DNA of 64,000 bases from Paragordius varius (taxonomy: Eukaryota > Animalia > Nematomorpha). Made by a program: the position numbers and the translations under genes. The stretch covers positions 4,960,001 through 5,024,000 of the forward strand of contig OZ176054.1 in NCBI GenBank assembly GCA_964247055.1. Reading direction: 5' to 3'. Below the pieces are notes generated by a model that worked only from the letters and a program-made list of their open reading frames with translations, did not search any database and was not told where the DNA came from. Numbering within the stretch: position 1 is the stretch's first letter; each line of letters starts with the position of its first letter. Below, in pieces: positions 37,101-51,100 of this stretch.

Positions 37101-38304
37101 GACAGCTTTTGCTGGCAAAACAAATGAAAAAACATTTTAACACCAACAGTGCTTATGTAAAACCTCACCAATTAAAACCTAATTTTATTAAATATTTTGA
37201 TATTACGATCAAACTCACGGCTGAAGTGAAATATTAGGTGTTTAAAATAATGAATTCGTTTGAAAATACCATAAAATCTTGGCTCGTGTTATGCAGCAAA
37301 TCTTTAACCGTAACAATGTATCGTCGCTGAGTTGGCATGTCTTTAAAATTCTCGTTCTCGTAAGACTTATCTACACGGACGTAGGTATCATGGTTTTTTT
37401 GGTATATAATGGTTTTTATGGGTGGCTTGAGTGCAATAGTTTTATCCACATCTAAAAAATCTTTTAATGTTTAATAAATTATTATGTTTTACCTCCAGAG
37501 CCAGGCATCCCGCTAGCGGAAAACTGTACATTATCAATCGTGTTTCTCTATATAAATATAGATTTTTATAACATATTTTTACAAACTCATACTTAGGGAT
37601 GAGTTTTTGACCAGTCAATATATATTAATCGATCTAATCAATTATGATGGATACAACAATCGGAAAAATATATTTTAAATAAACTATAAACAAAATTACC
37701 CAATCAAATTGCCAATCGTTACATTATTAATGATAAATAATTATAAAATTAATACATTTACATTTTTTTCACTTATATTTAAATATAAAGCATTACTAAC
37801 GGTACCAAGTACGAGTATATAATTAATTGAAAGAAGGATTTTTAAATCAGGGAGCGCATTTTACAGTAAAACCAGTTCAACCCACGGTTTAAGCGCTTAG
37901 TTAAAAAGAGTCATTTTAAAATACATTCCATAATTAAATATGACAAATTTAATTTAGTAAGGAGAAATTACATTATAATCTGAATGAACATGCAATATCA
38001 CTGTTGAAAATATAGCACCAAGAAGGCTCGCCGATAGAAAAGTTATAATCATAATGTTCAGCTTGTAAAAAATAATTTTATTATACAAAAAAAATTGTTA
38101 AAATAAAATAAAAAATTGATTAGACTTTATATAAGTTATAATTATTATTGTTATCGATTAAACATATATTTATTTACAAAACTGATGCAATAAAAATGGG
38201 CTGCTACGATATAACCTTTATAATTTGAAACATATACGCATTTACGCCAGTTTTTCTTGAAATTTAAAAATATATTATCAAAATTATATTTAGCTAATTT
38301 AATT

Positions 38305-41300
38305 TCTAACATCACTACCCCCTCCTAACGAAAGCGGGCAGGTTTCTGACGACTTCTTGTCGGGTACCGTCGTTCCTGTGTTTTAGCGGGGGAGTAGGTT
38401 GTCGCAGATTCCTGGGTATTATCATTATTTGGACTTTCGGCTGTCGGAGTAATTGGCTCGATTTCGTCCCTTGAATTGATCGTGTTTGCTTGCGTTTCAG
38501 CCCTTGTTCCATCATTCGTGGCAGTGGTTACATCCTTCTCACTTGTGTTGCTTGCAGTGGTAGGTTGTGGTTGTGGCTGGTGTACTATTTGGTCAGCGTG
38601 TTTCCTCACAACTTTGTCTCAATCCTTGTCCCACACCTTGTATGGAAGCAGCCCTGTACGGTCCGTAATCTCTCCGGCGCGCCACCCTGGACTTGACTCA
38701 TTTTTAATCATTATCTGATCATTAATGGCAAACTGCCGTCGGGGGGCTGGTGCATTTAGCAATCTCGCCCTACTATTTAACCAGGTTAAGGGGGTATGGG
38801 GAGTACGCTTGAACATTAACTGGGCCGGGGTTTCTTTCGTTGTTGAGTGTATAGAATTTCTATACGCCCATAGGCTAGTGTTAAATGCTTCGTGGGTGGA
38901 TATCGCATTATTTTTTTATTCTTTTGTATTTATTTTTTATTGTACCTACTAACCTTTCTACCATCCCATTACTCTTAGGATGGTAGGGGTTAACCTTAAT
39001 ATGTTTCACCCCTAACGTACTTAAGGTTGACGTAAAGTACTCATTACTGAAATACGAAGCGTTATCGCTAACGATCTCTCTTGCAAAGCCAAACCTTGCA
39101 AACGTTTTTTCTACTTTGTGGATTATATTCGCTGCGGTTACCTTTTTCAAAATAAATCCTTCTGCCCATTTCGAGGCACTACCAATTATCAACAACCAAT
39201 AAAACCCGTCTACCGGTCCGGCTATATCAATATGCAAACGCTCCCACACTGCAACATTATGATCCCACTGATACGTGGAATTCTGAGTAACATTCGGCCT
39301 ACTACGCTGGCACGATTCGCATTGACTACTGGCTTTTACCAGGTCATTTTCTAATTCTGGCCAATAACACGTAAATCATGACAGCTGTGTAGGTAACTCA
39401 CCACCTCTTTTTGGAGGGCCTTCGGAATTACAATCCGATCATTTAAACTTAATAAGCCATATTGATATGCCAACTCGTCTTTACGGTTTACAAACTTTAC
39501 TGATTCTGGAGAACTCCAGTCATGGTTGTTTAACGCTTTAATTACTTTTTGTAATAATGGATCTATTGCGGTTTCTTTTCGAATTTCATTTCTGCTTAAC
39601 CGCACGTTATGACAATTCAAAAATCTCAAATATCTGGTAACCGCATAATCTTCATCATAGGCAACGATCTCGTCAATCGGCCATCTCGATAAATAATCAG
39701 CTCTATTTTGAGCCCCTTTTTGATGACTTATTTCAAAGTCGTATTCATTTATCATATTAATCCACCTTAGTATTTTAGCATTATGTATCTCTTTTAAATT
39801 TCGATCTCTATTTATTAACTTTACTAAGGGTAAATGGTCAGTTAATATTGTAAATTTTCTACCATATATGAAGCTATGAAACTTTCGTAACGCAAATAAT
39901 ATTGCTTTTAATTCCTTCTCTATAGTGGAATAATTCCTTTCAGCGTTGATACACTTTTGTGAGGCATACGCTATCGGTATCCTTTCACTATTAACTTCAT
40001 GACTTAAAATACATCCGAATCCTAAATCTGCATCAGTTTCTATTATCAATTTCCTATTCGGATTATATGGTGTTAAAAACACTTTTTCGCTTAACAAATT
40101 CTTAGCTGCTAACCAGCTTTTCTCATGTTTCTCGGTCCAACACACTCGTATTTTTACTAGTAAATTCATGTAAGGGACCGACTATCATTTGTAATTTTGG
40201 TATAAAGCGTTCATGAAACGTCAAAAAACCTAAAAAATTACGTAATGACTGTTTATCTACCGGCCTCTTTAGTTTCTTAATTGTTTTGCTTTCACATGGG
40301 CTTATACCCTTTTCGATATTACAAACCCTAAATAGTTTACTGATTCTGCGCCTATCATTATTTTATCTTGTCTTAATTTAAATCCGGCCTTATCAAGACG
40401 ACTTAATACGTTGTTTAAATTGTTAATGTGCTCATTTTCCGTCCTACCAGTCACTAGGACGTCATCTAAATAAACGCAAGCTCCCGGAGTTTCAGCCACA
40501 CTTGTTCCATCACTCTTTGGAAGATGATAGGTGCCGGGCCAGTCCAAACGGCATGCGTTTGTATCTAAAAAAACCTTTATGTGTTGATATTATTAACAAT
40601 TCCTGACACTCCTCTGCCATTGGCATTTGGAGGTAAGCATCTTTTAAATCAATTTTTGGGAATGTGATACCTTCACCTATTTTCGACACCAACTCATCAA
40701 ACGTATGGGAGTCATTTTGCAACCATTTATTAATCGTTACCCGAAAATCACTACATATTCTTAATTCGCCATTCGGTTTAAGTACATTAACCGTAGGCGT
40801 GGCCCATGTCCCAGGGTTAATGTTAGGATCAACCGGTTCTAAGATGCCTAACTTTTCTAGCATCAGCTCTTTCTCCACCTTTCTTAATGGAAAAGGCACC
40901 CTGCGACATGGCCATACTTTCCGTATCGCATTCGCTGCAATGCGAATTTTTACAGGGTCCTTATAACACCCTAACTTATTTTCGAATAAGTTTCAAATCT
41001 CATTCAATTTAAGATAATTAACTTTAACCTGTGGCATCTCAATCTGTAATTTCGCCATCCAGTCCAGTCCACAGATCAGCGGAGCCATCCCCATCGTTTT
41101 GCTTAGAACAGATATGTCCCCGACCATTTGTTTACCATTTACCTGGACCTTAACACTTGCTGGTCCCCATCATTGGCACTGTGGTATTATGGTACGATTT
41201 TACTGGGGGTGTCGGACTCAGCTTGGGTTTACCGATTTGCTCCCACGGTGCTATGTTTATTACGCTAATATCCGAACGGGTATCGTAGATAAAGCCTTTT

Positions 41301-42005
41301 AACCCGTTTCTTACTAGTGTTATCAGTAAGGGAGTTAGCGCATTACGACCTACGTTGACTTCCTTCAATAATTGACTATCGAAGTTGGGTCTTTGTCTTT
41401 TGGCCACACACATCCTAGCAAAATGGTTCAGCTTTCCGCATTTGTTGCAGGATCGTCTCCAGGCTGGACACTTGTTGGGTGGGTGTGTGAAACCGCAATG
41501 TTTGCATGTAATAGATGATTTTATTATTGTTTGTCGGTAGGGTTTATTATGTTGTAACCGATTGATATTATTGCTGTTGCTAAGTCGTCAATTGCTATTA
41601 TTATTGATTTTTGAGCTGTGATATTCATTGGTTCGTCTGCCATACTCGTTTTGGTCACTACTGATAACTGGGGACGACAAAGTAAAGGTAATGGTAAATT
41701 TATTATATGTTGTATGAATGTTGGTTAATATAATGATCTATCTATATATATATATATATATATATATCTAAGATAATTAGGTCTAATGTATTCACATATA
41801 TCAAGGTGAGATGTTAGCTTATATACAATTATCTCAAGGTATAATAATAATGTTCACAAGTGGTGGTGAGATAATAATATAAAAATAGTACACAGATAAG
41901 TTAATAGGTGAATATAATAATATATAACGAATGTTGTTTGTGCGGTTAATCTAATCGTGTAATAAAAGATTCATTCAAAATAGCCTGTCAGTTACCACTC
42001 TAACA
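38305..42005 (-). mobile_element. Ty3/Gypsy LTR retrotransposon, frameshifted; gag internally deleted; 3' LTR reduced to 7 bp
   Basis: Putative 5' LTR 42005-41662 (TG..CA, with AATAAA), then PBS-like gtagtgacc. Two Zn knuckles (CKHCGFTHPPNKC, CNKCGKLNHFARMC), protease (YDTRSDISVI), RT (LRICSDFR, KIDLKDAYLQ, YLDD), RNase H (IETDA, YSTIEKEL, TDHLPL) and integrase (LHIDIAGP, VSDN, HPKSNGMVER) in PR-RT-RH-IN order. PPT at 38312-38328. Confidence 0.95.
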
Positions 42006-43050
42006 GTGTACTAACAAACATAATATATAAACCACAAGATAGACTCAAGATTTGATCTATTCAAATTGTGCATTATCCTGGTGTAAGGCACATCGCAGGA
42101 TATCTCCGTTTTGTTACGTCAACTTTGTTCTGTTGGTTGATTTTTCATATCGCTTGAGCTTTTATTGTGACGGTTTCACATAAGATAAAATCCCGGCCTT
42201 GTCTCCCACATGCCCTCGCCTTCTGATCATAACTTTAAATCATTAGTCGTTCGTTGGGAAGAACTTAGTACGAGAAAGTAGAGGATTGTGCAATATTTCT
42301 TGGCAGATTGGTAAAATGATTCGTTTTTTGATAACCCATAGACACGTGCTATATGCATGTTAATGATAAACTAGTTTTAATATATTTATATCTGCTTTTA
42401 AGCGTGCCTATCGGCCCTCCTACAGCTTATTCTTGGGATGCTAGCCCATAGATTTTGCGTATTTGAGCTTACTCAAAGGCGATAAGAATTTTTTATCACC
42501 GTTTTCAGAAGCCTACGTCGTTGAATAGGATTTCACAGTCGCTTTTCGATTTCAAATTTTCTTTCACACAAATTGTGTGGACCCATTTACCGAGTTTCGT
42601 CTTTCCCAACGCTCGTGCCTACTGATGTTTTTGTTATACATATAATACCTCTGCGGATTGCTATGGAGTTTTAATGAGTCTCATCTAATAACTCTTACAT
42701 TTTATTGTCTTCGTTGTTGTGTGGTCTACTATGCACCCACTCTCTTTACAATCAGAGCTTTTAAGTTTTCAAAACCATAAATCACATGCTTTAATCGATG
42801 AACTTTCAATATGTTTACCAGCCAAACGAGAATTTTTAACGGCCTTTCTCCACTGATAAATTGAATACTAAAATTATGTGCATGCCCCAAATGTTCTTTT
42901 TCAGGCACAAAATGCAATATGTTTACCGAATGATAAAAAAAATACGATAGTTGATGGACTCAGCTTTTGTGTGCTTGTCGTTTTATAGGTGATCAAAATG
43001 GCGTCTGTGTCAAATAAATCGACTGTTTTTGCAAGTCTTTTCTTTTATTA
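42006..43050 (-). mobile_element. Ancient Gypsy pol fragment, copy C paralog of ~25110-26250
   Basis: Colinear with the copy B fragment up to the LTR edge at 42006. HNFSIQFISGERP and GTLKSRYKYIK remnants. Confidence 0.65.
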
Positions 43051-43269
43051 GGCAATGAATTAAATTGATTTTTTATTTAAACTGGGTGCGTTTATAGCTA
43101 TTGAATAAAATAATTGATAATATCGCTATTATTTTAAGAGTGTACAGTAGCATATTCTGTTGTTAAATTATTTTTAATGATGTACCATCTATATACTAAA
43201 ATTTTCGATATATTCCGAATTTTTGCAGTATATTTTACTCTTAGTATCTCTAGTTTGTTTTTTATATAT

Positions 43270-45062
43270 TATAGAGCGATAAACTCCTACTTGTTCAAAC
43301 ATTTATACATGGTGTTGTATTTTACAGGGGCTGGGGCCACGCCCAGCGAATTATTATAAAACGTGCCTCTAAGCCAATTTTAATTTCCTTAATGGTAGCA
43401 AATCGTAAATGGATATTTACTAATGCTTGGAAAAAATTGCTGAAACAATTAACGGTATATAACAATGCATATATTTAGTATGTTGATATTTTATCATTAC
43501 ACGCCATGTATAAATTGTTTAATTTAGCCATGCTAAATTATTTTATATTTTTTTTTTCAAATAACATTCCTACTAATTTCACAAAATAATTTTAATTTTA
43601 TTTATTTTAACTTTGCTGTGAGTTTTTTATAAACACTTAAATTATATTTTAAACATAACATCCCAAAACACTTTGTTAAAGTCGGTAAGAAAAAATGAAA
43701 ATGTTAAAAGAGATTATATAACTGCAAATCAAACTTATTATGGAATGCCACATTATTTTTGAATACTCTCTCTACCGGTGTGGTTTAAAATGGTGTCTAT
43801 GTTCATTTATTTCGTTTAAGTGCGGCCTTCCAAACATTTTTACGGTTTACGAGAAATGGAAATATCAAATTAATCCAAATTTATATTTTAAGCAAAATAA
43901 CTAGTAAAATTATATAATTATAATATTTACTTTGAGATAATATGTTTTATTAATTTATTCAGAATTATGTATATTTCTTTTATCACAATGTACGCAAAGT
44001 TTAAATTTTAAGCCGTTGAAAACTATATTTACCACTTATTACTCTTGAATTGGATTTCATAAAGTGATATGAGTTTTAGGGGAAAATTTTTTATTCCTTA
44101 TTATAACCGTAAAGATCAAAATTTAATTTTTTATTGAAAAAGAGAGAGAGAGAGAAAGTTCTTGTTTTTTAAAAATGTATAAATCCAAATTTCCGAATTT
44201 TGCCAAGGCATAAACAAAAATTATTACAAGATATATAATGGTCGTTAATTTAGTTACAATATCATGATTGAGAAATAATAGGATATATGTTATATGCCAG
44301 CCGGTGTTTTGATCTAGAAATGCGGAATGCGAAGCAATTTGTGTTGGACACACCTCTTCAGTAATTAAGATTTAATTAATAATCAGTTAATTTTTTAGGT
44401 TGCCAAATTCACGAAAGAAAAGCTTCTGAGAATAAAAATTTATATTTATCAAATGTTATCTTTGAGATTGAAATGAAGTGTATACAGATAAAATAAATTA
44501 TTTTTTGTCGGAAACTCTATAATTTATTGAAGACTTTCCATTTGATGAGATGCTGTTTTGCGTATGTTTTATTAGTATGAAATTATAAATCACACATTTT
44601 AAATTATACCCCAAGATATAAAGAATAAAAAAGCCATAAATTTAATTAATTAAGCAAATTTAGGTTTTAAACTGATGCAACTCCCATTTTTGTTATTGTC
44701 TTTATCTTCCAATGAATTACCGTAAAAGACCAGAAGATTGTTCAACTTGACGTATTTTTCAAATTGAGGATATATAACATGTAATTCATACGAATTTTTT
44801 TCCATGATTCCTTCCAAAGTCAAATTATAAATTCTTTCAGGAGCCGAAATCTATATAAGTAATAAAAATTATTTATTTATTCTGTTTTTCAGTGATGTCC
44901 TCATTCCGCAGCCGCATGCGGCCCATTCAAATTTGGAAAATTCCCAAATACATTGTTCGCAAAAATATTACTTTTCGTGACATAAATATACAAAAATTAT
45001 TTTTAAATTAATTTTGGCAACAAACTAGCAAAAATTGATGAAATAAATTATTTTTCTCACGC

Positions 45063-45102
<40 letters not shown>

Positions 45103-48100
45103 TGTTATCTATCTAATAAAATCTTAATTAATGCCCGTGGGATTTTCAAAATGCCGCATGGGAAGGCAATTTTATGCAACCCTATTCCATTTACTAGAAC
45201 ATTTCATAATCTCGAAAAGGTGACAAATTATGTTGAAAAATAGGACTTACATTATGCTTCTCATATTCTATATTGGCTCGATCAACGAATATCAATTGGG
45301 CTTGAGTGAATAGCAAGGTAATCTCTATAGTTTTGCAATCCAAAATCTTGAATTCAGCATCGTTTTCGGAGTGATTTGAAACGACTAAAACATATAAATG
45401 TTAACATATACATAAGAGATGTAATTGTAATAACAAAAAATGTTTTCTTACTGAAAGAACCAATTAGCTGCGAAGAGCCATATTTCACTGTCACATTATT
45501 TGTTATTGTATTTAGGGTTAAGAAAGTAATATAACTTTCATTTGTCTAATATTATAAATATTATATATATATATCTATATATTGTAATCGGTCATATAGC
45601 ACATATATCATTTTTCAGTCAGCAAGATTTTTCGACCAAACGCAACATTTTCTATCCAAAAGGATTCCGTTTGCTTGTAAAAATGTTGCGTTAATGTTGC
45701 TTTTTACTGAAAATTAGGATATTATAAAAATTTATCACTCCAATTTTTGAATATGCTCTATTATCTATAATTGGAAAAAATGTTTTTTTCGAAGGTGTGG
45801 TTGTTTATAAATTAATATACGTAAACTCCTCATAATTGAAATAAAAAAAATAATCTCAAAAAAATCATATTTTTTCAAATGTTTAAACAAATATAGGCAT
45901 TCATTACTACTTTATTACCATTGTTTTTTTAAAATTGGGGTGTTATGTCAGGAGCTACCTTAATTTGTTACAAAAAGAAGTTTTATTTTGGCAAAATAAT
46001 TTGCAAAATATTGAATAAAAAAAGGTTTTAATTTTTAATAGTTACGTAATTTATACGGTTTAAATAGCTTAAAATCTATTAAAACAAACACATGAATCCA
46101 AAATCAATTGTCAAATGAAAATGTATTTTAAGTTAATAATATATATTTTAACCATAATTTTTTTATAGTATTAATTAATAAATCCAGAAAAATTATGACA
46201 AAAAGTTGATGAGGTTTTTTTTCCTTTTAAATTGAACCGGAACAAAAAACGGTACCGGTTCCAATCCCTGGTTAAAATGAATACAATACTTGTTTCTTAA
46301 TGTTGTTGTAATTGAATCTATTATTGATTTCCACATGGTAGGTGGTATTACATGATGGCCAAAACAAAAAAATTTGAGAGACATCTGAATCGTTAGGTCT
46401 ACTTGTGAAGCGCATTCTCTGCAGTTGCTTGTTAAAATTTATCCTACTGCAAACATCTTAATATTAAAATATAAAGGCACCATACCTTTGACATCATCTT
46501 CGAAATATAACATATTAAAATTATGCCTGCTACTACATTTATTTGGCTGTTCATTAGGAGCGTATATACCCCTACATTTGGGGAATATTTTCGGGCTAAA
46601 TCTGTTAAAGCGATGCTAGAAACGCTTTCGTGTTCAGTAATGTTAAATTTGTCTACTGATACTTTAGTTTTATTTGAGTAGTTAAATGAATTGTCTTTAT
46701 TCAAACGTATAATTATTGTGAATGCGCGTATTCCCAAATCATACACCACATACAAAATACCATTCAAATCAGATTTCCTTATTTCAATTTCTTTGATCTA
46801 ACAAAATAGAAATTCAATATTTATAGCTTTTATTGTTACTGTATACGGCGCTTAAACTTATGATATATATATAAATATATGTTAATCTTACATTTGTCCA
46901 TGTCTTTGTATGATTTTGTGTTACATATTTCACTTGAATATTAGTATCTGGAATCATTTGCCAAGAAATATTTACACCTTGACACTGGTTATTTTCAGTT
47001 ATTTCTTTCATCTTAAGCATATTATTTTGATAGGCATGGAAGGTTCCTTTAGATATACAAATTTAAATTAAATTCCCCCTTTAACCCTTTGATTCCACTC
47101 TTTAACTTTTAACATTTTAAATTCCCCCTTTTTAACACTTCTAATACACCTGTCAACAAATTCTGATAAAATATTATTTTTACATTAGTTTACCATTTTA
47201 TGTGTTTTTCTAGATTACAAATACTAAATTAACTTTTTTAAATATAGCGTATCATGATGTATGCACTTTTACAATTTTTAATATACCATTTACATTTTGA
47301 ATTCACCCTAAAAATAAATTATATGTTTTGGGGCTTATACTCATTATTAATATATAATATATCTTTATGGCATAGATTATTATTTTAATAATATTCTAAT
47401 TTTGAACAAAATATCATTTTCTAAAAATAAAAAATATAGGTAATTTTTAATCCTGAAAAACATAATTCATTTTAGGGGGAATTCGAATCGTTCGAGGGTG
47501 ATTTTGATTTGTTCGAGGGTGAATTTGAATTGTTCAATGGTCAATTTGAATGTAAATAATATATGGCCCGCTAGTATATATATCATATTAGTTTGTGTTA
47601 AAAGCTCTTACAATGACCCAAAAAATAATTGAAAGAAAAATTAATTATCGGTTAATTATATTTATTTATACTATAGAATAAAAATAATAATTTGTGAATT
47701 GCGAAAAAAGTGAACGTTCTTACAGCAAAAAAGGGTGAGCGAATATTAAGCTATTATTTGGTACTGTAAATTCCAGGCATTTAAAATACCTATTTTACAT
47801 AATTAAACTATTTAAAATGGAAGAGATTAAAGTTAATAAATCATGCCTATATTTTTCTTCAAATAAAATCAAAAGACAAATACATTTCTTTATTTTTAGT
47901 AGGGTGTATTTAAATGTTTCAAGGTGAATGCAAAATTGGATTGTTTAATGTGAATTTTAAGGGATTAAATTCAAAATTTTAAAATAAGCGTTTAAAATTC
48001 GAACGTTAAAAAATTTGTTCCGAATCGATATAAATTTAGCTAATCAACAATTTTATAAGTAATACCTAATCTATTTTTTTTCGAAAAAATTCCAGCTTGT

Positions 48101-51100
48101 TCGATCCCCACATCATACACTGTGTTCATTTGTAAATCAATAAAGGCTACGTTTCCTTGCCACTACATGTCAATATAATTAATCATATTATGGCATAAAT
48201 TATCAGTACTTATCGCAAACATTTAGCTAAATAAATTTTTTTTATGAAAGCAAATTACTTGATACCAAATAAATAACTATGAAAAGAAAGACAATATTTT
48301 CATAAGTATATATAAACTTCAGCCGTGGGCTTAAAAAGTCTCATATATATTTGGACCCGTCTAAAATGGCCAATTCACTTAACCTAAAAATGATTAAATA
48401 ATGCCGGTATTTCCGGATAAAATATAATTGCCAAATTTCCCGAATAAAATATTATTAAAAATAGACATTTTGCTTGAAAATTTAATTTATAGAAAAATTT
48501 TGGTAAAGGGACTTATTTTAAAACATGGTGAAAACGGTATCAAAAAACTATAAAATGATATATAAACGCTTTTTTGATAGAGCAAAACATTTTAATACCT
48601 CAAAATTAAAATCTTAAGCAATAACGCTCAAACCCAGGTTCGTTTGATTTGGTTAAATTTTTATGTAAAAACAATTAATATATAACATAAATTTTAAGAC
48701 GAAAGAATATAAAGTTTTGAAGGAATAAATGTTCAGCAACAGCGAGTTATATATAACGAGTGTTTTTATAAGATTTTAAGGTGTTTTTATACCGTTTTCA
48801 TCATGCCTCAAATAGTATGGAATACATTTCATCAAAATTTTGGTAAAAATTTAATTTTTAAACATAGTATGCATTTTACAAAAAATATATTTTTTGATGC
48901 TATAATTTTGCATTTAATCGCCTCTTGGCATTTTTGTGTTTATTTTAAGATAAGACCCATTTAAGAAGGCCAGAAAAATTTGGGACATTTGGAGTCCACA
49001 TCTAATATCTCATATGGCTCGTAAGGCTAAAATTCAACAGTTAGTAATCCTAATACATTTATCTTTAGAAATATATATAATTTATGAGGATATTTATTAG
49101 ATATGTTATGTTTTTCAATATTTTTCTGGAGTTAAAGTTTTGCATAACCAAGGTTGAAGAATATTTACTATGCGGGATTTATCTGAAAGTATCATATAAT
49201 TTATATGTCCTACAATAGAAATATGCCTGAATTTAGATTTTTGACAGATTGCATTTTAATTTTAAATACTAGGAAAATATTACTTTAGTCTAACAGATTA
49301 TGGTCATTTGGTGCTATTTTTGGAGGTGTCAGCAAGTTTAAACAAAATATAGAGATGGTTTTTACCAAATACAAAAAAAACGCTACATAGGCACACATTA
49401 TGTCAAATTTTTGGATTAAAAAAAATATTTATAATGTTAATTAATTAAAAACAAAACAAGTGGATTTTATTAGAATTTTTATGCATGCTAACATTTATAT
49501 TCGTAATTTTTTGCTAAGCAGCGATCCTGTCATTAAAATTAAAGTAAAAACCAAGGTTTTTTTGGTGAAAATTTCAAATATGTTTTAAATTAAGTTGAGA
49601 ATTGGTTTTACTAAAAACTTAAATCGCATTCTAGAAATTTGCGACATTTTAAGGAACTAGGATTTTCATCGAAATTTCTATCCGTTAAATATAATAAAAT
49701 TATAGAATCTGTTGCAAGACCCTTGAGTTTTCAATTCAAAAAATTTGCAAAAATGCCAATTATTTATTTTCGATGCTCACTATCAAATTAGATAGGAAAC
49801 TCATGTGTTTAATATTCAGGCTGTTTAATACAACTTTGGTGGGGAAAGTTGAGGTTTTTCGAAACTTTAGATAAGTGCTCGATTTTACGAATTAGCTTTC
49901 AAAAATTGCTTAACACTTCTTGACCTTTTCGAGTACGTTTTAGGGCCAAAATATTTTTAAAATATTTATAGCATTGGGCCAAATTTAAAAATATGCTTTA
50001 GGCACATGAGACAAAAAATTTTTTTAATTAAAATTGTAAAAGTTTTTAGACTTTTTCGCCGCCATTTTTTTCTTTAATTTATAGATCATGAATACTTTGA
50101 CTCCCAATTTAGTTCCATTTTTTTGCATGAAGCCAAATGTGATACCCAATGATTCCCAAATACATTTTTAACTCCTTTGCTATTATAATATACTTAAAGC
50201 AATGTGCCGTTTTCCTTAACCATTTCTAAACACGCTTTCTTAAGCCTTATACATTTTTGAATAACGTTAAGATCAAAAGATAAAAAATCACCTCGTAAAC
50301 TGAAGTGTCGTATGTTGCTCCGTATTCTAGTTTCATGCTTTTAACAGTTAAATTAGGTTTGGTGTAGGAAGGTTCCGCGTTCAAAATAATTAGGGCTCGA
50401 TCATTTAGTAATTTGAAAGTTTGAAACATGGTATTTTCTGCTCACATAAACAGATATTTAAATGGTAAAATTTTTTTAAAACATATTCTTTATACTATAC
50501 AACCCAAATTTAGGCTATAATTTAATAGTTTACCATATATTCGTTCAAATGTTTGAACGATTTTTTTATCTATATCAGCAATTTGGACCTGAATTCTGAA
50601 TGTACCAGCATATGGAAATCGAAATGTCACATTATCTGAATATATCTATGTAAAATATCCAATAATATATATATATATATACACTGTGTGCAAAAAAATT
50701 TTTAACGAAAATTATTTTTTTCATGAGATAGCTTATGACCAGCGTATTCATTTGCCGCAAAAAATTTTATTTGTAGACAACCTAGTTATTGAAATATTAA
50801 GAGAAAATCGAAATCGGGAAAAAAGTGAAAATTAAGGATAATCAAATAATAATGATAAAATTTGAAATATTTTGGTTTATTATTATTTAAGGGGATATAT
50901 TCAATATATAAATAGCCTAAAATCATATCGTTATGGTTTTTATAAATTTCAGGTCAAAAGATGGCGTTTTTCTTTTGTCACACTTAAAAGTCAAAATAAA
51001 TTTAATGGAACTATATTAAAATAATTTTTTAATTATTTACTACCTATACTCACTATTAAAATCTTAACATATATATTTCATTCAGTAAAATAAACTTCTA

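Larger units (their letters stand above)
26500..37451 (-). pseudogene. PKD/REJ-like gene, diverged copy B (5' part removed at 38305; some lesions)
   Basis: Homologous exons include 37451 down (VDKTIALKPP..), 31685-31531, 30658 down (INELDIRRSDL..), 30297-30144 (..LFCPSCNTTY..), 28218-~28030 (ISAPERLYNFTL..NNKNGSCISLNP), ~27750-27610, ~27230-27115 and ~26600-26510 (LGVGPTPVKYNT). Apparent 1-nt deletion near 36460 and a lost acceptor AG near 28665. Confidence 0.65.

Noticed and set aside
41812-42005. 194-bp plus-strand solo LTR (TGTTAG..CTAACA)
   Set aside because: No TSD. The longer minus-strand LTR 42005-41662 fits better (matches the TGTTAGA after the PPT and is followed by a PBS-like site).
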